From the NCBI GenBank assembly GCA_951406725.2, contig OX597816.1, positions 47,678,001 through 47,742,000 on the forward strand: a stretch of DNA of 64,000 nt. The letters run 5' to 3'. The stretch is from Octopus vulgaris (lineage: Eukaryota). Position 1 is the first letter of the stretch. Each line of letters starts with the position of its first letter. The notes under the pieces were generated by a model. It saw nothing but the letters and a program-made list of their open reading frames with translations, ran no database searches and had not been told where the DNA came from. Below are positions 1 through 12,900 of this stretch, one piece after another. The position numbers were made by a program, and so were the translations under genes.

Positions 1-122
1 CTAATTTTATATATATATATATGTTTAAGTAAAAATTTAGATTCAGTTGAATTTGGTACTTAAGTTAAAGGCACCAGAATTTGGTATGGTATTATCCATA
101 TAATTCAAAATGGGGTGATTAC

Positions 123-212
123 AATCAAAATAAGCAGCAAGGATATCCAGAGGTAATGCATGAAACAATCGTACTGCATTATCTCTGGATATCTTTGTTG
201 CTTATTTTGATT
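123..212. repeat. Imperfect palindrome (38-bp arms) with a hammerhead stem-III-like remnant (gaaacaatcgta) in the loop; probable PLE terminal-repeat fold-back
   Basis: aatcaaaataagcagcaaggatatccagaggtaatgca (123-160) pairs with tgcattatctctggatatctttgttgcttattttgatt (175-212). Confidence 0.75.
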
Positions 213-222
213 ATATATTTAA

Positions 223-282
<60 letters not shown>

Positions 283-289
<7 letters not shown>

Positions 290-585
290 TTAGAGACAAA
301 ACCACTATTATGCAAATCAAACAAAGAAAGACTTAATCCAATACATAAAAAATTTTATATAAATTAAATATAATTAAGATTAATTAAGATATCCACTACG
401 ATCGTTTCTTGTCACTTCAATGGACATTCATACCTGATGAATGTCTATTGAAGTGACAAGAAACGATTGTAGTGGATATCTTAATTAATCTTAATTATAT
501 TTAATTTATATAAAATTTTCTATGTATTGGATTAAGTCTTTCTTTGTTTGATTTGCATAATAGTGGTTTTGTCTCTAATTAATAT
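283..585. repeat. Long palindrome (~149-bp arms, 5-nt loop); PLE-type inverted terminal repeat
   Basis: 283-431 is the near-exact reverse complement of 437-585; apex cattcat-acctg-atgaatg. Confidence 0.9.
431..475 (+). ncRNA. Minimal type I hammerhead ribozyme motif at the palindrome apex
   Basis: CTGATGA (434-440), stem II tgtc/gaca, GAAAC (460-464); the other arm shows the palindromic stem III acgatcgt followed by A. Confidence 0.55.
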
Positions 586-671
586 TATATTATATTTTAC
601 TATAAAATTGGATTCAATCCTAAATCTGATTTTTCCCTGTAAATTTGGATTTATTCCCTAATATTTATTAT

Positions 672-753
<82 letters not shown>

Positions 754-1116
754 TATATATATATATATATATATAGTTAGGATAGTTGAAATGTTTGTCA
801 GACATTTCAACTGCTAAAGGCAAATAAAATACACTACAGTTACTGTGGAGAAAAATCTCTCTTGAGGTAAAAAGGTGTGAAAACATCAGTCGGTTCAGTG
901 TCGCCATCTGTTAGGAATCTCAGACATCGATGTTTCAAAATATGTGACAAACATATTTTAATTAACCTAGACTGTTATCAAACCTAACCACTGTTTTGTG
1001 CCAATGCTTCGTAATTTATCTCGATCAGGTAATCTACTAGCACAAATCAGTTACATGACTGAATTATATATAAAACTACAAACTTTATTTAGTTTGTTCA
1101 AAGTTGCATATTTTAG

Positions 1117-1350
1117 AAGGCGGCGAGCTGGCAGAAACGTTAGCATGCTGGGCGAAATGCTTAGCAGTATTTCGTCTGCCGTTACGTTCTGAGTTCAAAT
1201 TCCGCCAAGGTCGACTTTGCCTTTCATCCTTTCGGGGTCGATTAAATAAGTACCAGTTATGCACTGGGTTCGATATAATCGACTTAATCCGTTTGTCTGT
1301 CCTTGTTTATCCACTCTATGTTTAGCCCCTTGTGGGCGAAATAAGAAATA
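1117..1350 (+). mobile_element. tRNA-derived SINE family A (Meta-domain-like), near full length
   Basis: Head ggcggcgagctggcagaa with B-box-like gagttcaaattcc; central gcctttcatcctttcggggtcgattaaataagtaccag; tail gccccttgtggg...aagaaata; many copies in the window. Confidence 0.85.
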
Positions 1351-1352
1351 TT

Positions 1353-1535
1353 AGGTGAAATGCTTAGTGCTATTTCGTCTGTCTTTATTTTCTGAGTTCA
1401 AATTCCGCAGAGGTCGACTTTTCCTTTCATCCTTTTGGGGTTGATAAACTAAGTACCAGTTGTGTACTGAGGTTGATCTAATCGACTGGTCCCCTCCCCT
1501 AAAATTTTGGGCTTTGTGCCTTGAGTAGAAAAGAG
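1353..1535 (+). mobile_element. SINE family A, 5'-truncated copy with an alternative tail
   Basis: Same B-box and cctttcatcc...gataaactaagtaccag block as 1117-1350. Confidence 0.8.
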
Positions 1536-4500
1536 TTTCATCTCGTTTGGCTGCTGCTTGTTTGTGAACTCGATTTGCATTATTCCCATGTTTTCTTGTT
1601 ATTGTACTAGTTTTTGTTAAAATTTAAACTGTTATCAATTTGTTAACTGTAATTTTCACCTGCGAGGCAGAAAATCGTGAATTTTTGTTATTGGAAAAAA
1701 AACTACTTTTGAACTCTGTGTTTTTTACCCTTACAGGGTATAAAAATATCATTTTTATCATTTTTTGGCAAAAGTTATTTTTTATAAAAAAGAAATTATT
1801 TTTTGTAAAAGAAAAATTCTTTCAATTCCTTTTGAAGGAATTCATTTTGTAATGGAATTTAGCGTCATGTCGAGGAAAGATTTCCCAGAGATGAAGGAGG
1901 CACCAGAAAAAAAGCTCTTAGCGCAAAGCAAGTGTCTGGAGAGAAATCCAGTTTTCGGCTGCCGTAGACAGGAATATGAGAGAGATAGAGGTAACAATGA
2001 TGGAATTATTTAAATATCGAAATTTAGGGATGAAAAACGGAAATGATGCAAAATTACTACCCTGCAGGAAATTGTTCAGAATTTAGTGGGGAAAACGGTA
2101 GTTTACAAAAAGTATAACGTAAAAGAAAAAAGGATTATGACTCGCAAAAGTAAAATAATTGAAAGGTTTTTGGCCCCAATTTGAAACAAGATTGTATATG
2201 TCGGACAAAGAGCGTCAAGGTGGAGGCGCAGTTCGTTAACGAGAACGAGTGAAGGAGTTATCCACAAGGACTTTAAAAAACGAGGAGATAATCTTACTAC
2301 CCACGTATTTGGGTAGACGAAATGCAAAAATTACAGTAGAAGAGATACCAGTGAGGCACGATGTAATATGGATAGCAGCCGCCATAACATATGATATGGA
2401 GGAGAAAATGGCGATATTGCAGAAGAAGGAGACAGAAAATTGGAAGGGGCAGATCCTTGAGATCGTGGTCCAGGCTTCGCCTGAAGTATTGGAAATGATG
2501 CCCAATAAGGTATTTATAGGGGAGGGGCTCAGTGTGAGAGTTGCAGTTGAAGGGCGTAGGCCACGCTGCTTTAAGTGTGGTGAAAAGGGCCACGTCTGCT
2601 CTCAATGCGAGACAAAAAAACGTGTGAAGCCCCTCCTCAAAAAGAACCGCAAGTAAAGGGTGAAAAAGAGAGACAAACAGAAAGGATAGAAAAGGCAGTA
2701 GAAGAAACAAAAAGACAAGAAGGGAAACAAAAACAAAAACACAAGGGAAGACACAAAACACAAGGAGGAGAACAAGAAAAAACAGAAGACAACTTCTGTA
2801 ACAAGAAGAAATTGATTTTAACATGGTTACATCCCACAAGAGGAAAAAAGCCCAAGCCCTGGACTCCCCTCTCCATACAAAGAATACAAGCAAGCATACT
2901 ACAGACACACACGGAAAAACCTCCCCACACCATTCCCTTGTTAAAACCCTTTACCAAACACCACCCCAAGACGCAAGAAAAAATTATATCTTTCAATGAA
3001 AGAAATGATGTGTTATCAACAATAATCAGAGTTCACTACAAAGCCCAGGTATATAAAGTAACAACGGACATGCCACCTCACATCTGCGTTGCGAAGATGG
3101 AGGTGGGGGCTATTCAACGAACTAAGAGGGAGATATCCCAATTGTATAAAAGATGTTAGCCAGGAGATGGCCGGGAAAACCTTCATGGGCAGTCCAGTGG
3201 CTACACCACAGAAGGAAAAGGATGGGGAGGAAGCTGAATTCGTGCAGTCCCTGCTCAAATTTAAAATGTAAGTAAGCCTTTTTTAAAATGGAGATTAAGT
3301 TAGGGTGTGTAAATGTTAAGGTGAAGCCTGGGGTAGAAATGGAAACAAACTTGTCTCCTGAACGACCTTAGGTCACTAGATATAGACGCTTATATTGTGA
3401 CTGAGTCCAAGCTGAACAGGCTACAAGCATTCTTGCCTTTTCTAAATGGCTATGAGAAATTTATTTCTCCTAGTCGGCGGGGAGGCAAGGGTGTAGTGGT
3501 CTTATTCAGGAAAAACTTAGACGTACAGCTAATTACAGTCTTTCTGGACCCAGAGGGTAGGCTAGTCGTCCTGGATGTGACACACGTAAGTAAAGTCCTT
3601 CAGGTTGGTAGCTGTCTATGCTCCTAAGGAGTGTAGACAAGCTGTTTTTTTCCAGGACCTGGAGAACTTCTTAGTGACGTCAAAAACTCTAGTTGTACTA
3701 GGAGACGTTAACATTATTCTTGATGCACGGGTGGATAGTGTTGATAGAAGGGGAAACCCTGGCCTCAAAAGGCTACTAGGAAGCTATAATCTAATAGACC
3801 GTTACAGACTGGATGAACCGCTCATTCCACAGTGGATGTGGACTAATAACAACGGTTCACTCAGATCTTATTTAGATAGGATATCCATTAGGGATAGAGG
3901 TAGGAATACGTTTAGTTGTCCACACTTTTATTGTTCCCTGACATGGATCACAAGTTTGTGACGTGTGAGGTGTACCTAGATAAATGTCATAGGCAGGGAC
4001 CAGGATACTGGAAGATAAACAAGTCTATTTTGACTTGTAAAACCTTCCGTGCCTGGGTTAAGGAGTTAGTGCAGAGAGCATTAACCGGTGCCATCATTAA
4101 TAATAGTTGGTGGTGTGCCCCCAAGGAGGCCATTCGTTCTGATTTAGTAAACAGCTAAGTCTAGAGAAGACTAGACTAGAAGGGAGCCTAATTAGATGAG
4201 GCCATGGAATCTAGCTCTGCATCTGGAGTAATGGCGGCGAAAGTGTTTTTTTTTTTCTGTCATCTCAAAGCCAAACACGAAGGGTGTAGAGTCAGATCTA
4301 AGCTTCATGCGGTGGGGAGGGAGGGTATTAATGTTGCTGGATGGGCATGTCGTGTGGAGAGTCGGAGAGGCATAGAAGCCTCTATCCAGTCTTTAACGGA
4401 CGAACATGGGCATACGATTGGAGGACAGGAGGAGATGCAAAAGGCTTTTCACCAGCATTTGGCTCAGCTGTTCGGGGAGAGTGGTGGGCTGGACCGTGGG

Positions 4501-4890
4501 GAGTCCCTAAAGAACTTTCTCGCCGGTGGGCCGTGGCTCTCGGCACGGGAGGCGGAATGCTGTGAAGGGTCATTTACGGCTACGGAATTTGAAGAGGCCC
4601 TGGCTGAGTGCGCCAGGGACAAGTCGCCGTGGCTGGATGGTCTGGCCTATGAATTTTATTGTAGTATGCCGGACTTATTCGGACACTTGCTGGCCTGCGT
4701 CTACACAAACTGGCAGCAGAATGGGAGGATTCCCAACTCTGTGAGTCGGGGAGTAGTGATGCTGATCAGAAAAAATCCAGGGGGGACTATATTAGTAATT
4801 TTAGGCCCTTAACTCAACTTAATGAAGAGTTAAAGATTTTGGTCGAGGTGCTAGCAAAAAGGTTGGCATATATCGTGGAGAAACTTATAG
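1536..4890 (+). mobile_element. Decayed Tx1/L1-clade LINE: ORF1 with CCHC knuckle, APE endonuclease and start of RT; 3'-truncated
   Basis: RCFKCGEKGHVCSQC in 2249-2656; ORF2 from 3288 MEIKLGCVNV, GRLVVLDV, VAVYAP, VLGDVN, SYLDRI, DHKFV, GPGYWKIN, KSPWLDGLAYEFY, RPLTQLN..KIL..VLAKRL; many frameshifts. Confidence 0.85.
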
Positions 4891-5367
4891 GAAGTTTAGA
4901 GGAGAGCACCTTCTGCGGGCGCTGGTTTATATGTGGTGGTGTTGGTGGTGGTGGAAGTCTTGGCGAGGCGTGTAGAGAGAGACAGAGACAGAGTGAGCGA
5001 GTGGGAGAGTCCGTGTGCGTGCGCTAGTTTATATAAGGTGGTGGTGGTGGTGGTGGTGGAGGAAGTCTTGGCGAAGCGAGTGGTAATCGAAAGAGGGAGA
5101 GAGAGACAGAGTGAGGCCGAGAGAGAGAGACAGACAGACAAAGTGAGGCCGAGAGAGAGAGAGAGAGAGGGAAGTGGTCAAGAACACGAGGGAGGAAAAT
5201 ATTCTTTTGGGATCTGCGTAGCATAATTTAACGAGACATCAAAAGTTGATAATAGTAAAATAAACTTGAAAAATCTGATACACACACACACACACACATA
5301 TGTAATAGCATGTAAATATTGGGTAAAAAACACCTTTTAAATAGATAAAGTCTTTGGATGGTTGATG

Positions 5368-5640
5368 CCGGTCCCATCGGCCTGACTCCCATGCCAGTGG
5401 CACATAAAAAGCACCATACAAGTGTAGTCAATGCCAGTGCCACCTGACTGGCTCTGTGTCGGTAGTACGTAAAAAGCACCCCCTACATTCTTAGAGTGGT
5501 TGGTATCAGCAAGGGCACCCAGCTGGAGAAACCTTATCAGATCAGATTGGAGCCTGGTGCAGCCTCCTGACTTGTCAGTTCTCAATCAAACCGTCCAATC
5601 CATGTCAGCATGGAAAGAAGACGTTAAAAGATAATGATGA
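5368..5640 (+). mobile_element. RTE LINE 3' UTR/tail fragment
   Basis: Matches the 3' end of the RTE at 48250-49680 (ggcacataaaaagcacc units, gagtggttgg..aagggcacccagctg, gat tail). Confidence 0.8.
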
Positions 5641-6329
5641 CATTTTGCCTGTTAGCATTTTGTGTCAGCAGTCACATTTTGATATATTTATTGAGATCAA
5701 ATTTTGACTGTTAGGATTTTTGACTGTTAGGATCTTACACCACAAGATACTTTATAAAATTCCATGCAAGAATAGATTAATTATGGAAACCATACCTATA
5801 TTGCAATATGATGCCGAAATTCACATGCAGACACAATATCAAAAAGAAAATGAATAAATAAAATAACCTAGCCGGCAAAATTTGACTGCAAAAAAACATT
5901 CAACTGCTGATGCATAAAGCTAATAGTAAAAAACCCATTATTGGGAAGGTTTACACAATTTCAAGCAGTATATAAGAAACAACACAAATGCCAAATATAT
6001 TAAATCCTTTTCTTGGTAATGTGACTGTGAAGGTTTGGAAAATTCGTTTATGTCTATAGGAAGTCTCCACTCTCCCGTTTTTGTTCCCAACATTGACCCC
6101 CCCATGAATCCAAAATTTAATTTTGGAATTTATAGGAGCAACTGTCTTCGAAGACTCATATTGTCGTTGAATGCTCGAAATGAGGACTAGATAGACAGCC
6201 AACGACTAATGACAGGTCGTTCTCTGTTACTTGTCCTGCTTTCAATTTTTTCTCTTGTTTGTGTATTTAACTTGTTTGTTTTCATACTTCATGTTGTTTA
6301 CACAGTTGTTGACGTCTTGTACCCATACA

Positions 6330-6386
<57 letters not shown>

Positions 6387-6603
6387 CAATTGAGGATAAA
6401 ATCTTTAAAAGAAATTATCAGTAGTCAGCGTGAAAAACCTCGTAAGAGAAAAAATCCGTAAATTCTTCCTCTTTGAAAATATTCATTTATATTATATTGA
6501 GGGTACTACTATTTGTAGATACCAACACGCTAAGAGGGACCAATGCGGTCAAAACTACTAAAAATAAACAAAATTTTACCGAATGCAAAACTTCAAAACA
6601 CAG

Positions 6604-6663
<60 letters not shown>

Positions 6664-6788
6664 AAAAGCTTGAATTATATTTCATCCTTTACTTTGGAGG
6701 ATTCCAAAAAGATGATTTCTAACAAAGATACTTCATATTTTGCCAGAACTTTGCTGGAGTAAGGTTTTGTGAATACGAACATATTGCT

Positions 6789-6947
6789 TGTGTTATGAGA
6801 ATTTTATGGAAAGGTGTCCCATAGAACTCAACAAATTTGTTAAAAATGGAGAAGAAAAGGCGTTAAAAGTTGAAAGAATTTTTTCTCCATTTTGAACAAA
6901 TTTGTTGAGTTCTATGGTATACCTTTCCACAAAATTCTCATAACACA
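6789..6947. repeat. Inverted repeat with ~68-bp arms
   Basis: tgtgttatgagaattttatggaaaggtgtcccatagaactcaacaaatttgttaaaaatggagaa versus its near reverse complement ending at 6947. Confidence 0.85.
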
Positions 6948-7391
6948 CCATATGCATACATATATCATTTATATTATTATTTAATTGAATGCCACACATC
7001 CATTTCCAAGTAAGTTTATCTTAATCTTTTTAATGCGACACTACTCTATACTATTTTCTCTCCCATCTTTAATTCCTTTTTTTCCCCTCTTCACCATTTT
7101 CTATCTGTTTCTCTCTCTTTCTTGCTCTTTCTCTTTCTCTCTCTCTCTCGTTGCTTACACGTGACCATCGTCCATCTTTCTTTTCCTCACACGACCTATT
7201 TTCATTTCCTGCATGATGTTATAAGGAATGGACGTCTTCTATCACTCTCTTCTATCTTTTCTCTTTTCAAAGAAAATATTTCTTCCAGTGTTCGCTATTC
7301 TGGTCTAACAACCTTCCATGTTTTTTTAACTCGTTTGTTTTCCTACTTCATTTTGTTTACAGAGTTGGTAATGTCCTGTACCTATACATGC

Positions 7392-7426
<35 letters not shown>

Positions 7427-7496
7427 TGTATGTATGTATGTATGTATGTCTATATATTATTTATATGTATAAATTATATATACATATGTACAATAT

Positions 7497-7568
<72 letters not shown>

Positions 7569-7743
7569 CGTGTATGTGTGTGTAAATATATTTATATATA
7601 TATATATATAAATGTTATAATTTTTAAATCTCTCTAGAGGAGAGATACAGCAGCAGCAATGGTTATTAATACTTATTGCCAAACTACGTGGTAGTCTAGA
7701 GAAATAGAAGGAAATAGTCCTCTGGACTGCCACGTTAATTTGG

Positions 7744-7782
<39 letters not shown>

Positions 7783-7794
7783 CACATGCATATA

Positions 7795-9022
7795 CAGGGT
7801 GTCCTAAAAAGATGTATACACACACATTAGCAGCTGATAATTCAATTGATGTTTTTTTTCTTTCCAGATGAAACCCATTCTAATTAATGGTGGCCGTCAG
7901 ACTAAGCTTTGAACAAAGGAAATTCATTCTAAAATGCTTGTTGAAGTGTGAAAACGCAGTTGAAGTGCAAAGACAGTTTAGGAGGGAGTTTGAAACAGAT
8001 CAACCAATGCGACTCACCATCACTCAAATTAGAGATAAGTTTGAAGCCGATGGAACTGTTCAGAAGACCACGAACATCAGGAATGCCAACAAAGAAAGAA
8101 GGAGTACTGGAAACGAATCACCAAAGTCCAAGAAAATCTGTGTGGCAAGCGAGTCATGAGGTAGGTATTCCAAAATCGTCTGTCCTACGCATTTTGATGT
8201 GTTGTCAATGGAAAAGTTACGTTCCATGATTAGTCTGTGCTATTAATGACGATGATCCAGACTGAATAGTGCAGTATTGCAAGTGATACTTGGCACGATG
8301 TGTTGAAGATGCACACTTTCCAACAAAGATTGTGTAGAGTGATGAGGCCACATTCAAATTAAATGATTCAATTAACCACCACAACTGCACCTTGTGAGGA
8401 TCTGAGAATCCACATGTTATGGTGGAACACCATGTTAATTTACCAGGAGTTGCTGTGTAGTGTGGTTTATCATCAAGAGAATTACATGGACCATTCTTTT
8501 TTATGCTACTGTGACTAGTTCTGTTTACTTGAATTTGCTGCAACAGTCTGTTATGCCAAGCATCAAAGAAGACTTTGAAGATGAGGAGTTTTTATTTTCA
8601 GCAAGATGGGGCACCCCCACACCCTGCCATCGCTATGTTAGATCCTTCCTTGATGAGATCTTGCCAAACAGGTAGATTGGACGAAGGGGTTTCATCAAAC
8701 ACCCTCTGCATTCACCAGACCTCACACCACTAGACATTTTTTTATGGGGATACCTAAAAGACAAAGTCTACACTATGAAGCCTGCAACGGTTGCTGATTT
8801 GAGAGCAGCCATTGAATGAGAATGCACAGAAGTACCAAACGAATTGTTTCGTGATATTTGCAATTCCATTGATTTGTGTTGTCAGCAGTTTGCAAACAGG
8901 CATTGACAAAACAATTAAATAATGTCTGTAGATTCTATTAAATTTTGAAAATGATATGTCTTTTAATAAACACCTAATTTACAATTATTTAAAGTGTGTA
9001 TACATTTTTTGGGGACACCCCA
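7795..9022 (+). mobile_element. Tc1/mariner DD41D (rosa/Visitor-type) transposon, full length with pseudogenised transposase
   Basis: TA-flanked TIRs cagggtgtcctaaaaagatgtatacacac / gtgtgtatacattttttggggacacccca; N-term [29 protein letters not shown]; [40 protein letters not shown]; ~41 residues between the last two Asp after correcting a frameshift. Confidence 0.88.
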
Positions 9023-9073
9023 TATATAATATATAATACATATATATATATATACGTATGTATATATGTGTGT

Positions 9074-9120
<47 letters not shown>

Positions 9121-9127
<7 letters not shown>

Positions 9128-9910
9128 AATCTTTACATAAATAAATAACATGAAATACACGAAGGGACGAACAAAAAGACAAACGGGTCATTCAAAGCCT
9201 TCATTCTTCAGTCAGAAACTGATCCCTCATCGCAGATTTCGGCTGTTTAATTCTGAGATCCGCTCTGAATCAGCCAGCCACAGAAGCAAGGAATGCAACG
9301 CAACAGAGACGAACATGAAACGAAAAATCTTTTTTGGAGACAGTAACGGTTAAAAACATGGACGACACAGGCGCCCTACGGCTTTGAGACAAAAAGAGAG
9401 ACACAAAAACAATATCAGCAAGCGTGGAAAAATAATTACCTTTTCGGTGATAAGACACATGTTGAACAAGCGGCCGATGGAAACAGAATGGCTGAGGCAG
9501 CAAGTCGCAAGAGGGTAAGAGAGAGAAGGGGGTAAGAGAGAGAGGGGACCAAGGAGGGTGGAAGGCGAGGACAGAAGCAGTGACCGAGAGAGAGAGAGGG
9601 AGAGAAGGAATCAGAGAAGAAGCAGTGACCAAGAGAGAGAGGGAGAGAAGGAATCAGAGAGGCTGAGAGAAAAAGGCGCCAAAACAATTTGGCAACGAAG
9701 CAATGGCGAAGGAAAGAAAATAGTTTAAAGACATCGTGCAGGGGTTTTGATATGATAAACATAAAGAAGTTATTATGCACGTACGATGCGAAATATATAA
9801 TAAACCTTTACATAAATAAATAACATGAAATACACGAAGGGACGAACAAAAAGACAAACGGGTCATTCATCGCAGATTTTGGCTGTTTAATTCTGAAATC
9901 CGCTCTGAAT
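9121..9910 (-). mobile_element. Element bounded by direct repeats (9121-9270 and 9797-9910); probable PLE pLTR remnant
   Basis: Both ends share tttacataaataaataacatgaaatacacgaagggacgaacaaaaagacaaacgggtcattca...tccgctctgaat; the second copy has an internal deletion; purine-rich interior; family assignment is inference. Confidence 0.55.
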
Positions 9911-9913
9911 ATA

Positions 9914-12900
9914 TTAGGTGGGAGGGCAAAACACAACCATTTTTAAGGAACCTTAATTCCATGGTATGCACAGTTTCAAATAGTATTATGAATAAAGCCT
10001 GAAAATTAGGGTTATGTGACCCCACTCACACGTATCCCCTCGCACCCCATCCCTCCAATTAAATACCCTTATTTTCTATATGTTTCATATAATCTCTAAC
10101 ACATATATACTAAATTGCTTATGGATATGAAAGATTTAATCATATTTCACTGTAGAAACTTAATTTAAAACATCTGATGAGTAAAGATAGCAAAAATATT
10201 GAGATATAAGACAATTGGTAGGTAGGTACCCCTCAAACATGGTAAAATTACAACTTTTCAATATGTGTTAAATTAATTATTAATTCTTTTTAAAAAATGT
10301 ATATATTTGTTAAATGATTTTCTTTTGTTTTTCATATGTTTTCAGAACTAAATTGTATTATAATTATACAAAAGTACATAAGTTTAAACTGTAATAATTT
10401 AAGTTTATAAAATTATATAATGGCAACTAGAAGTACAACCCAAAATTCATCATTTGGATTTTTTGCAGAATTTCCAACAGCAATAACCCTATCAAAGGCT
10501 GATGTATTCCGACATTATTTATACATAAGAAAACATGAAGAACAGCTATCAAAAACTTCACCCACAATGAAGGAATGCTACTGGATTGTTGCTGCAGATG
10601 TGCAAACAATGTGACAAATTTTCTTTTCCTTATATTGGGTTTGAGGGAATAGCTTTAAAAATTGAGAGATTGATTGAATCTGTTTATAAATTAAACAAAA
10701 TACTTATCAAGCAAAGAGGTGATAGTTTTGGTAAGAAATAAGAGGAGTTCAATGAAATGTTTGATGTATGCATCTGCACATGTTATGACAAGCAAATAAA
10801 AAGATCTTAGTGTAGGTGTGACATAAGAATACCAATTATGGAATGGGAATCATTTGTTGGACAGAAAAAAAGACTTAATCAGTTAGGACCTGTAGACAGG
10901 GAAATAACTTCAGGTAGAAAAAGGAATGCAGATAGAGCACAAAGATTTGAAAACAGGAAGGCAAAGATGCACTTACATGTGGACGTGGCTTTAACTAGTT
11001 ATCAATGCCCAGGTGATATTAATGAAGATATTTGTGACTCATGTGACAATGATGATGATGGCATCGACTTTGTTCCTGACAATGAACTGAGAGGAAACCA
11101 ACAAAACAGATTTACTTATGAGAATCAAGTCATCATAGCAGACAGATATCAGGTAAGTTGCAGAGCTGCTGCTGCCATTGTTAATGCCGCCTTGAAAGAT
11201 ATGGAAATTTTAAATGATACAAATATGTTTGATAAGAAAAGAGTTGAATGAGAAAGAAAAAGAGTTGGAAAAAACAATATTATAAAAATGCAAACAGAAA
11301 ATACAAAGTTTGACTGCATCGGTTTTGATAGCACAAAGGATGAAACTAAAACAGCAAGAGGGATGAAAAGTAAAGAGCACTATGTTATTGTAAAAGAGCC
11401 TGGTGATGAGTATTTAGATCACGTTTCCCCAGAAAATGGAACAGCTTGTTGCATTGCAGAAGAAACTATTACTTTTTTAATTGATTCTGACAGTCAAGAA
11501 AGTATCAAGGCTGTATTATATGATGGTACTTCTCATTAAACACTGGTCATTTAGGAGGGGTAATTAAAATAATAGAATTATACTTAAATAAACCACTCCA
11601 GTGGTTGATATGCCAGCTACATACAAATGAGCTTCTGTTTCGACATGTATTTGAATCCACAGATGGAAAAACAAGAGGACCATGAACATCAAAAGGCTTA
11701 ATTGGCAATAAAATTAAAGAAGATGTAACAAACTTAAAGATAATCAAATTTTCTCCAGTAAAAATTAAAATGAAGGAATTGCTAGTAGGAGTTGTTGATA
11801 CTTTAAGCTCAGATCAAAAATATCTGTATGAAATGCGCCTCAGTAATGAGACGGGGGTTGTTTCTGAGCAGTTAGCAGCAGGATCACCAGGTAAAATCCA
11901 TCATGCAAGGTGCAAACAGAATTCTTCACTTATATGTTTCGGAAAAATATCCCCAAAAGAATATTATGGATCTTGTTAAAATTATGATGTAAGTTTATGC
12001 TCCAAGCTGGTTCTAGATTACATCTTGCCCAAAGTTACATAAAAGAGCATGTAATTTTTGGAATATGGTACATCTAATGCAAGATATGAACCAAAATCAT
12101 ACAGAAGTTATGGAGAAAGCGTTAAAAATTAATTCGTATTTTGCCCATCCAGAGAATATTTTATTGACTATTCTGAATGATGGAAGAAGACAAATTAGAG
12201 AAGTAGCGATTCAGTGAATTATTAAAGCAAGAACTTTTCCCTGGATTCCCCATGTAGAATTAAGGAATTTCAAACTTCCAAGCAAAATTAATTTTGAAGC
12301 ACAGAATTATGTTGATTTGGTTAACTGGGAAAATGAAGTTACAACATCCCCTCCAATTTTATGGAACTTTACATATGTTGATCTTCTTAAAGCTCATTCA
12401 GGATCGTTAACAGCAATACCTCTTTCCTGTCATAACTAATACTCGAGCGTGCTATCAATTTAGTGACAAAAGCATTGGAAGTCAGAATAGGCTACAAAAA
12501 TAGGCACAAATTCATATCAAATGTACAGATATCAAGAAAAAGTTTACCTCAATTTGACTGGAAAAGACAATGGTCACTTAATTAAATAATAAATACTATT
12601 AATGCTTAATTTATGGTGTTTACTGTTCACATATTTTGTTTGAGGTTTACTCTCCCTTTTACTCTTTTTTCTTGTTTCAGTCATTTGAAATTGACCCCAG
12701 TACTTATTCTTTGTAAGCCTAGTACTTATTCTATCGGTCTCTTATGCTGAACTGCTAAGTTATGTGGACATAAACACACCAGCATCAGTTATCAAGCGAT
12801 GGGGGGGGGGGGGGTCGGAACAAACACAGACACAAATGCACACACGTATACTCTCTCTCTTTTACTCTTTTACTTGTTTCAGTCATTTGACTGCAGCCAT

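Noticed and set aside
2249-4812. Intact host zinc-knuckle or endonuclease genes
   Set aside because: Frameshifted pieces of one LINE
6140-6225. Possible circularly permuted hammerhead (gtcgttg/caacgac followed by taatga)
   Set aside because: Both core halves are mutated and the stem register is ambiguous
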